From: a virus
Virus record (IMG/VR): IMGVR_UViG_3300021963_000002
Coordinates: 6,686 to 70,685 of that record
DNA: 64,000 nt
Direction: 5' to 3' (one strand)
In this document: piece after piece, positions 9,559 through 17,425 of the stretch
How positions within the stretch are numbered: position 1 is the first letter of the stretch
Layout: each line of letters starts with the position of its first letter
Notes under the pieces: generated by a model
Database searches by the model: none
Told to the model about the DNA's origin: nothing
What the model saw: the letters and a program-made list of their open reading frames with translations, nothing else
Program-made: the position numbers and the translations under genes

Positions 9559-9749
9559 TGCCCCAGATGGAACTGGAGGAGGCTCTGCAGATCCTGTACC
9601 GGGGGCAGAGCAATGTCGCAGTCATGGCCCCCCGGGTCGGGCTGAGCACGGAGCAGCTCAAGCGCTTGTTCCGCGAATACGTCGGGCGCAACCCCCTGGA
9701 TGACGAGGCGTGGAAGAGCGATGTTGAAATTTCCTGGCCTTACGTCTGA
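9558..9749 (+). CDS. Small HTH-like protein
   Basis: TGATG coupling; NVAVMAPRVGLSTEQLKRLF HTH-like; 3' end overlaps integrase 3' end. Confidence 0.55.
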   Translation: MPQMELEEALQILYRGQSNVAVMAPRVGLSTEQLKRLFREYVGRNPLDDEAWKSDVEISWPYV

Positions 9750-10828
9750 GTAAGGCGGCTTTGGATCGAGCGCTTTAGGTCCTCCTTCTTGCACCATTTC
9801 AGGTAGGTCTTGCGGTGCACGTCCACCCCGTGGCCCATGAGCTGAGCGGCGTCCTCGGTCCGGACATGGCTGTAGCGCTCGTGGGTGTGGAGGCGAGCGG
9901 CGTAAGCGTGGCGGAGGTCGTAGCTCGACGGTTCATGCCAACCCGCCAGATGCTTCCACCGGGTGAAAAAGGTGGAGACCTTGGCCCCCAGCTCTCGGTG
10001 GGTCGATTCCGAAATGAATTCGGGTAAGGGGCCGTTGATCAGGTCCCACCGCTCTACCCATTCCTGGTGAGCCGGCATGACCGGGCGGTAGCCGGTCTTG
10101 GAGTTGGAGGAGATCTCGATCCAGCCCCTGGCGTCGGGTCGGGATTCCAGGCGGAAGACTTCGTGGTTGCGTAGGCCGTAGGTGGCGATCAGGCCCATGG
10201 CGGTTTTCCAGGGACCGTCGCTCAAGCTGTCGACGAACTGAATGACCTGCTCATCTCGGGGGAGGTCCCGGGGGTCGAGGATCTTCTGCGCGCTGAAGGT
10301 GCTCTCAGCTCTGGTGCGGGCTAGCCAGTCACGGTCGATATCGAGCCCGATCTCGAACAGGCGACGGGTGGTGGTGACGCGGCGGAGGCGCTCGCGGCTG
10401 TCATGCGGTGCCGCCAAAACCCACCTCTTAATAGTGAGCACGTTCACCGAACCGGGTAGGGCACGGAGCTCCCTGATGTGCCGGGCGTAATCCGTGTGGA
10501 TCGTCGTGCCTTTACGGGTTAGGTGCTCCTTCAGACGCATGGTCAGGGCCGTCCACCCGGTCAGCTCCTCCGCTACCGGTGGTGTCTTGGCGAGCGCACC
10601 TGGGTCCTCCTGAAGCTGGAGGCAGAGGGTGAAGACCCGGTTCAAGCCGTCAGACTCGCGGGAATCTATACCCGTGGACTTGACCTTCATGCCGTCCTGA
10701 AAAAGTTCCGTGGAGCGGATGTAGAAGATCGGTGATTGAGAGGTCAGTCGTATGCGGTACTTACAGCCCATCTCAGCGAGGACGGCGTTGCGCTCCTGCC
10801 AAGCGGGTTGGCTTTGATATCTACCCAT
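9740..10828 (-). CDS. int: Tyrosine recombinase / phage integrase
   Basis: Catalytic set: TYGLRNHE (R), SKTG (K), DLRHAYAAR (HxxR), LMGH (H), HRKTY (Y). Confidence 0.92.
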   Translation of the reverse strand: MGRYQSQPAWQERNAVLAEMGCKYRIRLTSQSPIFYIRSTELFQDGMKVKSTGIDSRESDGLNRVFTLCLQLQEDPGALAKTPPVAEELTGWTALTMRLKEHLTRKGTTIHTDYARHIRELRALPGSVNVLTIKRWVLAAPHDSRERLRRVTTTRRLFEIGLDIDRDWLARTRAESTFSAQKILDPRDLPRDEQVIQFVDSLSDGPWKTAMGLIATYGLRNHEVFRLESRPDARGWIEISSNSKTGYRPVMPAHQEWVERWDLINGPLPEFISESTHRELGAKVSTFFTRWKHLAGWHEPSSYDLRHAYAARLHTHERYSHVRTEDAAQLMGHGVDVHRKTYLKWCKKEDLKRSIQSRLTQT

Positions 10829-11062
10829 ATCTTTACTCCGGGAGGTCCGTCCAAACTAGGATGAGACTGCCTGCGGTGCAAGGGATCCCAGTCCAGGACT
10901 GGTGTCCTGTTTTGTATTCGTGTCTCAAGTCAGTGCCCAAGCGGCTTTTCTGCGGCTTAGAAGGCAGAATACACTCGTTGCGCGGGAAGGGATCTCATCC
11001 AGTCTCTACTTGCGCTTTACACGGAAACGCAGATCTGGATTGGATGTGCGGGGGTGGTGAAG

Positions 11063-11136
11063 CGGGCCGTGCTGGACTCGAACCAGCGACCGAGTACTTA
11101 GAAGGTACTTGCTCTATCCAACTGAGCTAACGGCCC
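11063..11136 (-). tRNA. tRNA-Arg (anticodon TCT)
   Basis: Cloverleaf: acceptor GGGCCGT/ACGGCCC, D-arm GCTC/GAGC, anticodon arm AGTAC-CTTCTAA-GTACT, T-arm GCTGG-TTCGAGT-CCAGC; no encoded CCA. Confidence 0.95.
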
Positions 11137-11194
11137 AAAACCCTTGCAGTAACAAGGTTGAGGCAATCTAGCTCGGGCGGGGAATTGTTCGCTT

Positions 11195-11223
11195 TGTAAC
11201 AACCGCTACACCGTTTCTAAGAT
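11195..11223 (+). promoter_or_regulatory. NtcA binding site (TGTA-N8-TACA, 11195-11210) overlapping the -35 region of a promoter with -10 TAAGAT (11218-11223)
   Basis: Perfect GTA-ACAACCGC-TAC box; position relative to -10 fits a repressor geometry. Confidence 0.75.
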
Positions 11224-11229
11224 TGGGAC

Positions 11230-11297
11230 ACGTTGGGTGCAGGAGCACCTGCACTGCAGTTGGTGTCTGGCCAGGCAACGGGGGCTGGACCGCTGAC
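11230..11297 (+). ncRNA. Glutamine riboswitch (glutamine-II / Downstream-peptide type)
   Basis: P1 CGTTG(11231-35)/CAACG(11276-80); P2 GTGCAGG-AGCA-CCTGCAC; TGCA junction; pseudoknot TCTGGCC(11266-72)/GGCTGGA(11283-89); directly upstream of a DUF4278-like ORF. Confidence 0.75.
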
Positions 11298-11307
11298 GGA
11301 GCGACCC

Positions 11308-11490
11308 ATGAACGTCCTCAACCACCTGTCCTTGATCAAGGACAACATCGTGCGCGAACAGGCCCTTAACGCCGCCCAGATGGTTTCCCTGAAGGCGTAC
11401 CGAGGAGTGCCCTACACCGAGGCACCGCACCAGGAGCACGTCTCCGCTGACCTCATGTACCGGGGACACGGGTATCACCTCGATAGGTGA
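11308..11490 (+). CDS. DUF4278-like small protein (glutamine synthetase inactivating factor-related family)
   Basis: Two YRGxxY motifs (AYRGVPY, MYRGHGY); GGAG RBS at 11298. Confidence 0.75.
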   Translation: MNVLNHLSLIKDNIVREQALNAAQMVSLKAYRGVPYTEAPHQEHVSADLMYRGHGYHLDR

Positions 11491-11511
11491 CAGGCGCCGA
11501 ATCGACCACTA

Positions 11512-11550
11512 GCTGATCAGCTCTGCTTATAGAGTTGATCAGCCTCCTTT
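11512..11550 (+). terminator. Intrinsic terminator-like hairpin after DUF4278-like gene
   Basis: GCTGATCAGCTCT-GCTTAT-AGAGTTGATCAGC followed by CTCCTTT. Confidence 0.6.
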
Positions 11551-11566
11551 ATGTATTGCCCTGAGA

Positions 11567-11722
11567 ATCTAACGCGACTACCGGCTCGGAATGCCTGGTT
11601 TATCCGCAGTTTTCACAGTCTCACGATTCTCGAAAACCCGCTTCAGGACTGGGTTGACGCATCCGGGATAATTTCCAGCCTTTTAACACCCTGGTTTTTC
11701 CGCAGGATCTAACGCGACTACC
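11567..11722 (+). repeat. Permuted direct repeats A (ATCTAACGCGACTACC) and B (CCTGGTTTWTCCGCAG) arranged A-B...B-A
   Basis: A at 11567-82 and 11707-22; B at 11594-609 and 11690-705. Confidence 0.85.
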
Positions 11723-11905
11723 CGTGTGATCAATCCGCCACCAGTGGTGGTGACAGCTGCTTGCAGGTCGAAAAGGCCCCATACATTGAGGGGGTCAATC
11801 AGTTCGACCGATGCGTCGCTCCGTTTTCGCCCTGTGCTGCTGGCTGTCTCAAGTCGGCCAGACTTTCTCCGAGATAGCTGCTGTGGCTAGCGACCGATTT
11901 GCACC

Positions 11906-12121
11906 TCAGGAGGCAGCGTCGAAGGACTGGAGCGCTAGTGCGTCCCGTAGGCGCTCGGTGTAGGGGACCATCACCACACCGTTGGGAGCTGCGGGGCTCT
12001 TGATCAGAACATCGTCGAACGGCAGCTCAGATTCGATGATGTGCGCGATTAGTTCCCCGGCGCCTTTCTCATCGGTGCGGATTGTCAGCTCCCAATCCAC
12101 GCTTGGTACATTCGGCTGCAT
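11906..12121 (-). CDS. Hypothetical protein
   Basis: 3' part of ORF 11906..12334; start uncertain because upstream part overlaps the DUF3310-like gene. Confidence 0.45.
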   Translation of the reverse strand: MQPNVPSVDWELTIRTDEKGAGELIAHIIESELPFDDVLIKSPAAPNGVVMVPYTERLRDALALQSFDAAS

Positions 12122-12124
12122 CAA

Positions 12125-12427
12125 ATGTATCGGCAAATGTTTACCCCGGTTTCCGAGGCGCTCTCTGAGGCTGCTGTCGCCAATCCAGGGCATTACAACG
12201 CTGGCAAGGTCTCTCCTTATGACGTGGGAGAGACCATGTACGGCAAAGAGGGGCTTTTGACTTACGTCCTGATCAATTCGATAAAGTATATTCAGCGTTA
12301 CCCCCATAAATATCGGGGTCAGGCTGATAAGCAACTGGAAGACTTGATTAAAGCTCGTCAGAGCCTAGATACAGCAATCGAGTTGCACAAAGAATTGAAT
12401 TGCGACGCAGCCCTCCGTCATGGGTGA
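12125..12427 (+). CDS. DUF3310 / T7 gp1.7-like nucleotide kinase family protein
   Basis: VANPGHY...NSIKYIQRY.HK...EDLIKA pattern. Confidence 0.75.
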   Translation: MYRQMFTPVSEALSEAAVANPGHYNAGKVSPYDVGETMYGKEGLLTYVLINSIKYIQRYPHKYRGQADKQLEDLIKARQSLDTAIELHKELNCDAALRHG

Positions 12428-12611
12428 AAAAGTTAGGTACGTGCGGTTTCGCTTCACCGGTACCTTGGAAGATTTGAATGAGATCAAAGACCAAGTCGAA
12501 GAGGTGATGCGCGATCACGGCTGGAAGCGTGGCTTCTCTGAAATGGCGCCTTTGGATGCCAATCCGGAGATCTACGCCTTGGCTACTGGCTGGAAGCGCT
12601 TCCAGGAGTGA
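12420..12611 (+). CDS. Hypothetical protein
   Basis: Overlapping start, plausible small fold. Confidence 0.6.
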   Translation: MGEKVRYVRFRFTGTLEDLNEIKDQVEEVMRDHGWKRGFSEMAPLDANPEIYALATGWKRFQE

Positions 12612-12615
12612 GGAC

Positions 12616-12759
12616 GTGGAGATCACTCGGGAGGAAGTCCAGGAGATGATCGACGCGGCTATCCGCAGGCACAACAGAAACGCCGGCATCATCTCAACCA
12701 TCGTCGGTTGGACGGTGCTGGCGTTCTATGCCGATGGGTTGTTCAGGTTGGTCGGTTAG
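12616..12759 (+). CDS. Small membrane protein (EVQEMIDAAIRRHNRNA family)
   Basis: GTG after GAGG RBS; C-terminal TM segment. Confidence 0.6.
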   Translation: MEITREEVQEMIDAAIRRHNRNAGIISTIVGWTVLAFYADGLFRLVG

Positions 12760-12920
12760 CCCTTGCCTTGACCCCTGTACTTCTTGCGAGCGCTGGAGCG
12801 TTTGGTGCGGCCAGAAAATACGCGGCTGCGGACGCGCCAGCCGTCACCAATGCGAGTGCGCTTGGGTTTACCCGCAATGTGGATGGTTCCACTTAGTCCC
12901 TTGCGTGCCTTAACTGCCAT
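12756..12920 (-). CDS. Small basic protein ending KKYRGQG
   Basis: TAATG coupling to endolysin stop; resembles small basic cyanophage proteins. Confidence 0.6.
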   Translation of the reverse strand: MAVKARKGLSGTIHIAGKPKRTRIGDGWRVRSRVFSGRTKRSSARKKYRGQGKG

Positions 12921-14101
12921 TACTTGTTGAGGAGAATGCCCCACCCAGTCCCAGGACCTTCAACGGTCCAGCGGGGGCGCAGGTTTTTGATCGAGTACTT
13001 GAGGTGATCGCCGTTGGTGTTTTTCAGGTAGCCACCGGCAACCACGTTCATCTCCCCGTACGGATCGTTCACGATGAAGTGGCTGTCCGTGAGACCCACC
13101 ACCAGGAGCCAGTGCCCCGTACCAGTGGGGGCCGAGCTGGGGCCTTTGTGCAGGACGCCAATCGGAACGGGAATTCCCTTTTCCAGCTGGGCCTTCAGGT
13201 CTGAGATGTCCAGGTTTTGGCGGTAGGAGCCATTGACGCCAAAGGATTCCATGGCCTTGAGCTGGGCCTGGTAATCGGTGGTGTCGCCGAACTGCTGAAC
13301 GCGGCGCAGATAGAAGTCGTCTTTCTGGGCGGATTGCAGCTTGCCCGGGCGGAGGAAGTCCACCGCCATCGCGCAGGTGCTCGAGAAACACATCCGCAAG
13401 CCCTGGTCCGTGTTGGAGTCGAGCTGGGAGAAGAAAGGAACCGGAAGGCTCAGGAGCTTCGGCTGAGGAGGCTTGGCGCCAGTCTTTGGCGCGTACTGAT
13501 CCATCAGCCGGATGATTTTCGAGCTGTACTCGGGATCCGTTGCGTACCGCTCTTTGACAAGGAGCTGGGCGGCCTCCTCTCTGGTGGCGGCGCGGTTGAC
13601 CCCTTTGTACTGCTCCCAGTCCTTGTACCAGCGATCAACGATGTAATCGACGCCTTCTTGGATCGAGGCGAAGTTTCGGAAGTTGGCCTCGATGGTGACC
13701 CACTTACCGTCGATGAATTCCTGCGTGGTCTTGATCGTGCCTTTGGCCCGACCAGTTGACTTGACGCCCCAGTAGTTAAACCGACCTGACGGGGCACGGC
13801 CGAACGACGATTCGAGTGCCCACTGCGCCGCCAGCAGCTCAGGGAATTTTGCGCCAGCTTGTGCGGCAGCGGTGCAGATCCCTGACCAGGTGTTTTCTAC
13901 ATCTGGACTGGGAGGCGGATTGATGGGGGCTCGGAAGAGACTAACCCATTCGGCTTGCTCCGTCATCAGAGATGGATCAGCCTTGGTGACGTGCTCTTGG
14001 AGCATGTCCGCTGCTGCCAGATGCTTCGGGTTATCAGGGTTGAAGTACCTGAAAAAATCCCGTAGTTTTCCTGTTTCAAAAGCCAGGTCAGACATCGTCA
14101 T
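12920..14101 (-). CDS. Endolysin: glucosaminidase (GH73-like) + C39-like peptidase
   Basis: AAQWALESSFG, FNYWGVK, YATDPEY; SQLD..MCFSSTCAM, GHWLLVVG, VNDPYG. Confidence 0.88.
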   Translation of the reverse strand: MTMSDLAFETGKLRDFFRYFNPDNPKHLAAADMLQEHVTKADPSLMTEQAEWVSLFRAPINPPPSPDVENTWSGICTAAAQAGAKFPELLAAQWALESSFGRAPSGRFNYWGVKSTGRAKGTIKTTQEFIDGKWVTIEANFRNFASIQEGVDYIVDRWYKDWEQYKGVNRAATREEAAQLLVKERYATDPEYSSKIIRLMDQYAPKTGAKPPQPKLLSLPVPFFSQLDSNTDQGLRMCFSSTCAMAVDFLRPGKLQSAQKDDFYLRRVQQFGDTTDYQAQLKAMESFGVNGSYRQNLDISDLKAQLEKGIPVPIGVLHKGPSSAPTGTGHWLLVVGLTDSHFIVNDPYGEMNVVAGGYLKNTNGDHLKYSIKNLRPRWTVEGPGTGWGILLNK

Positions 14102-14330
14102 CTTTTAACCAAGGTGCTTTGATCTGCATCTCTCCGCCAAGCAAACTCTGTGCTCGGGAGCCATCGGGGGGATGCTCAATGATTTGCGGGGGAGGTGTAG
14201 TCGGCTGGCTACGGTGCCACTCCTCTTCAGCTCGGTCGAGCTTTGCTGGGAGGGTGGCGTAGAACTTCTTAGCCTGAGCCCAGCGCCTGAAATCTTCTTT
14301 CCAGGAGCGGCTAGATAACCGAAGCTCTAC
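14088..14330 (-). CDS. Start-less 80-codon ORF reachable by -1 frameshift from the holin-like gene
   Basis: VELRLSSRSWKEDF...IKAPWLKDDDV; no ATG/GTG/TTG near 5' end; stop overlaps endolysin start. Confidence 0.65.
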   Translation of the reverse strand, partial: VELRLSSRSWKEDFRRWAQAKKFYATLPAKLDRAEEEWHRSQPTTPPPQIIEHPPDGSRAQSLLGGEMQIKAPWLKDDDV

Positions 14331-14485
14331 TTTTTTTTGCCTTTCGAACGCAGCAGCAGTTCGAGAGCCGAGGCTACGAGTTGAAGAATCGAGTTGGAGC
14401 GGACTTTGTCGCTAGGGATCAGAGCCAGAATCTCTGATACGGCGGTAAGTACTACCCAAAAAATGGGAGATTCAATAAGGCCCAT
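14327..14485 (-). CDS. Holin-like small membrane protein
   Basis: 52 aa, hydrophobic helices, basic tail KGKKK, upstream of endolysin; ends in slippery A-AAA-AAG-TAG. Confidence 0.65.
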   Translation of the reverse strand: MGLIESPIFWVVLTAVSEILALIPSDKVRSNSILQLVASALELLLRSKGKKK

Positions 14486-14777
14486 TGGTATGACCTGTCG
14501 GGGCTGACTTATTGTAACCAATTAAAATTTGATCAAGCTTGTAGTCCATTCTGTCGATGCGGCTATCAAGCTTTTCCAGGATATGAGCTAGGTCCTCTTT
14601 ATCCACATATTCTTTGGCAAGGCGGATTTCTATGCCATCGATACGGCGATCTACGGCTTCAATACGGTCGCTGGCAACTTTGTCCAACTGCTCAAACCGC
14701 TTGCCGAGTGTGAGCAGTGCTGATGCGGCGCCTCCGAGGAGACTGAGCACAATGCTCAGTGGTAGCACAGGTTCCAC
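14472..14777 (-). CDS. Membrane-anchored coiled-coil protein of the lysis cassette
   Basis: N-terminal TM segment, coiled-coil, EYVDKED motif. Confidence 0.6.
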   Translation of the reverse strand: MEPVLPLSIVLSLLGGAASALLTLGKRFEQLDKVASDRIEAVDRRIDGIEIRLAKEYVDKEDLAHILEKLDSRIDRMDYKLDQILIGYNKSAPTGHTNGPY

Positions 14778-14849
14778 GAGGTAGGCGCTTTTCTTTCAAT
14801 ATACCGATTCAGGTATTCTAAACTGTATTTATATACTGGCTTTTGAGCT

Positions 14850-15191
14850 GTGATTGAGCCGGGTACGTACGACATCACAATACATCAAGGGGCAACCTTC
14901 TCGCTGGATCTCCAGTACAAAGACTCCACTGGAGCTGGTGTTGATATGACAGGCTATCAAGTCGCGGCAAAGCTGGTTGATAGGCTGAATACCTCTCTTG
15001 TCGCGAACTTTGTGGTGTCCTGGGTGGATCGGTCTAGCGGTAAGTTTAGGCTTAAGATCCCTGCTTCTGTTACTGCAAGCGTAGGCGCTGAGTGTCAGTA
15101 TGACGTGCTGATTACTGAGCCTGGGCTGGACAAGTTTTATATTCTACAGGGAAGGGCGTTTCTTGACCCAGGAATTACTGGTGTGATTTGA
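14850..15191 (+). CDS. Tail-associated adaptor-like protein
   Basis: YDITIHQGATF...YDVLI...LQG pattern; related to N-terminus of 26308..27024. Confidence 0.65.
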   Translation: MIEPGTYDITIHQGATFSLDLQYKDSTGAGVDMTGYQVAAKLVDRLNTSLVANFVVSWVDRSSGKFRLKIPASVTASVGAECQYDVLITEPGLDKFYILQGRAFLDPGITGVI

Positions 15192-15589
15192 TTTCCATGG
15201 CAGATCTACAAGCCTTTCCCACCATATCAAGTCTTATTCGGGTAAAAGAGATAGGTGTGAGTGTCGCAGTGTCACCTGTGCTAGGTGCTGCGATTAGCGT
15301 TGTTCGTGAGCCGAGTCATGTTGAACTAACTAGACCTATTACCGGTTTGGTCGCGCTTGGGGTTTCTGAACCTCAGATTGAGGTATCTAATACCTTGACC
15401 TCTGTAGTTACTTTGACTGCTCCTGGGCCTCAAGGACCTCCTTTTGTGGGTAGTGTATTTTTCAATACCCCGGCAATTGAGGCTCTCACTCCTTTCGATA
15501 TCGGAAAAGTGCTGGAGTGGGATGGGGTTAAGTTTAGTCCTACTAATGAACTTGAAAACAATCTGACTCTTAATGGAGGCTCTTTCTAA
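15188..15589 (+). CDS. Tail-associated protein with short collagen-like motif
   Basis: PGPQGP; ends LNGGSF; coupled to neighbours. Confidence 0.55.
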   Translation: MISMADLQAFPTISSLIRVKEIGVSVAVSPVLGAAISVVREPSHVELTRPITGLVALGVSEPQIEVSNTLTSVVTLTAPGPQGPPFVGSVFFNTPAIEALTPFDIGKVLEWDGVKFSPTNELENNLTLNGGSF

Positions 15590-16503
15590 TGGCTGTAACT
15601 TTCAAGATTAAGCGCCGGGCTAGTTCTGGTAGCGCAGGCGCACCCGCTTCTCTTAAGTCGGGGGAGCTGGCCTACAACGAAGTTGTCTCGGATAACACGT
15701 TGTACTACGGCTACGGCGATGATGGTACTGGTACGGCGACCAGTGTCGTGGCTGTTGCCGGCACTGGCGCCTACGCCACACTCAGTACGGCCCAGACCAT
15801 TTCCGGTAACAAGACGTTTACCGGTACGGTGAACCTTGCCTCGGCCACGGTCAGCGGCCTAAGTAGTTCTTCGGTCACTGAGGGAACGAATCTCTATTAC
15901 ACCGATGCCAGGGCTCGCACAGCACTGAGTGCGACGTCGGCTACGGGTGTTGCTTACAACAACCTCACTGGCGCTATCTCGCTGGCTGGGATTCCCAATA
16001 GCTCGCTGACCAACAGCAGTTTTTCTGTCAACGGATCGCTGGTATCTCTAGGCGGCACCCTGACGATTCAGGGCACCACTAATGAGGTAGAGGTGGGTAC
16101 CAGCGGAACTACCATTATAGTGGGGCTCCCCAACGACGTCACCATTGGCAACAACCTCACCGTTACTGGCGATCTAACCGTCAATGGGGCTCTGACCACT
16201 CTGTCGACCACCGAGGTGGTGGTGGAGGACAAGAATGTCGTTCTGGGTAGCACCGCTACACCAACTGACACCACAGCGAATGGTGGTGGTCTGACGCTCA
16301 AAGGTGCCACCGATAAGACGATCTCCTGGTCGAGCTCCACACTGGCGTGGACCTTTAATCAGGCGATTGATATCGTCAACGGCGGTACGCTCATGGTGGC
16401 AGGCAGACAGGTGCTGAATGCCTCCTGCGTGATGTCTAACGTGGCGATCACAGGCTCTGGCAACACCATTGACAATGTGACACTCGACGGTGGCACGTTC
16501 TGA
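15589..16503 (+). CDS. Tail fibre-related structural protein
   Basis: IKRR..GAP.SL..GELAYN N-terminus; TEGTNLYYTDARA; GDLTVNG; ends LDGGTF. Confidence 0.7.
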   Translation: MAVTFKIKRRASSGSAGAPASLKSGELAYNEVVSDNTLYYGYGDDGTGTATSVVAVAGTGAYATLSTAQTISGNKTFTGTVNLASATVSGLSSSSVTEGTNLYYTDARARTALSATSATGVAYNNLTGAISLAGIPNSSLTNSSFSVNGSLVSLGGTLTIQGTTNEVEVGTSGTTIIVGLPNDVTIGNNLTVTGDLTVNGALTTLSTTEVVVEDKNVVLGSTATPTDTTANGGGLTLKGATDKTISWSSSTLAWTFNQAIDIVNGGTLMVAGRQVLNASCVMSNVAITGSGNTIDNVTLDGGTF

Positions 16504-16511
16504 TCCTGGCT

Positions 16512-16841
16512 ATGGCAAATATCATCCGCCTCAAGAGAACGTCTGTAGGGGGTCGAATACCCACTCTGTCGGACCTCAGCCTGGGTGAACTCGGACTGAA
16601 CACCGCAGACGGGAAGTTGTTCACACGGAAAGAGGTCTCTGGTGTTGCCTCGATTATTGAACTGGGTGGCGACGGGGCAGGAGCTCCCTCGGGGCCTGTG
16701 CTGCAAGCGAAAAAGGTTATAGAGTCGAATTTTGCTTTGAGTGCTGGATACAATGGTTTATCCATTGGGACCGTGGAGATTGCTATGGGATCGGTAGTAG
16801 AGGTGCCATCAAACTCCACTTGGACACTGGCTGAATTCTGA
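16512..16841 (+). CDS. Tail fibre-associated protein
   Basis: IRLKRT..GRIP..L.LGELGLNTADGKLF N-terminus. Confidence 0.65.
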   Translation: MANIIRLKRTSVGGRIPTLSDLSLGELGLNTADGKLFTRKEVSGVASIIELGGDGAGAPSGPVLQAKKVIESNFALSAGYNGLSIGTVEIAMGSVVEVPSNSTWTLAEF

Positions 16842-17194
16842 TGGCGTACGGAACAGTAAAAGTCGATCAGATTACGACCAGCACCCAGACGCTTGCCGTC
16901 GACAGCTTGGTGACGACGTCCGGGCTGTCTCCGTATGCACCGCTGTCCTCACCAGATTTCACAACGGATGTCACCTTGCTGGCACAGGCCCCATTGAGAT
17001 TTGCAGACGCTGACAGCTCCCACTGGGTTGCTGTTCGAGCTCCTAGCTCAGTAAATGCCAATGTGACATGGACCCTGCCGGCAGCAGATGGTACAGACGG
17101 TCAGGTCCTGTCAACTAATGGGGCTGGCACGTTGACCTGGGCTAGTCCTGCCACCGGTGGTGCTTCTATTGGAGTCGCTATTGCACTCGCTTAG
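16841..17194 (+). CDS. Tail fibre-associated protein
   Basis: TWTLPAADGTDGQVLSTNGAGTLTW; C-terminal IGVAIALA. Confidence 0.7.
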   Translation: MAYGTVKVDQITTSTQTLAVDSLVTTSGLSPYAPLSSPDFTTDVTLLAQAPLRFADADSSHWVAVRAPSSVNANVTWTLPAADGTDGQVLSTNGAGTLTWASPATGGASIGVAIALA

Positions 17195-17425
17195 CAAGCA
17201 AGTAAGCATGTATTCAGCGCTGTTCCTTTCTAGAGTGTACTGTTAGACGGAAACCCAAGCGCTAATAATGCGCTTGAACTTTTGCGTAGAGAGGGCGTGG
17301 ATACGTTGCCTGCCGGTGTTTACAGCATATTGCGACTGTTTCACGCCATGTCAATGATGGTGTGTCATTTGCTTGGAAGCTCACTGAACCTTTCGGCTCC
17401 TGGACTTCGCGTGCTCAAGCCAGAA

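Noticed and set aside
10732-11130. 132-aa plus-strand ORF across the int start and tRNA
   Set aside because: Antisense to tRNA and int, atypical composition
9740-11136. Prophage-host junction at the tRNA
   Set aside because: Phage-type genes continue on both sides; no host housekeeping genes in the window
11567-11722. Possible mini-CRISPR array
   Set aside because: Only two 16-bp copies 140 bp apart, no regular spacers and no cas genes
4413-12427. Modified-base (e.g. 2-aminoadenine or deazaguanine) pathway suggested by nucleotide metabolism genes
   Set aside because: No purZ, datZ, mazZ, que/dpd or hydroxymethylase genes in the window; dcd, nrdJ and DUF3310 fit ordinary dNTP supply
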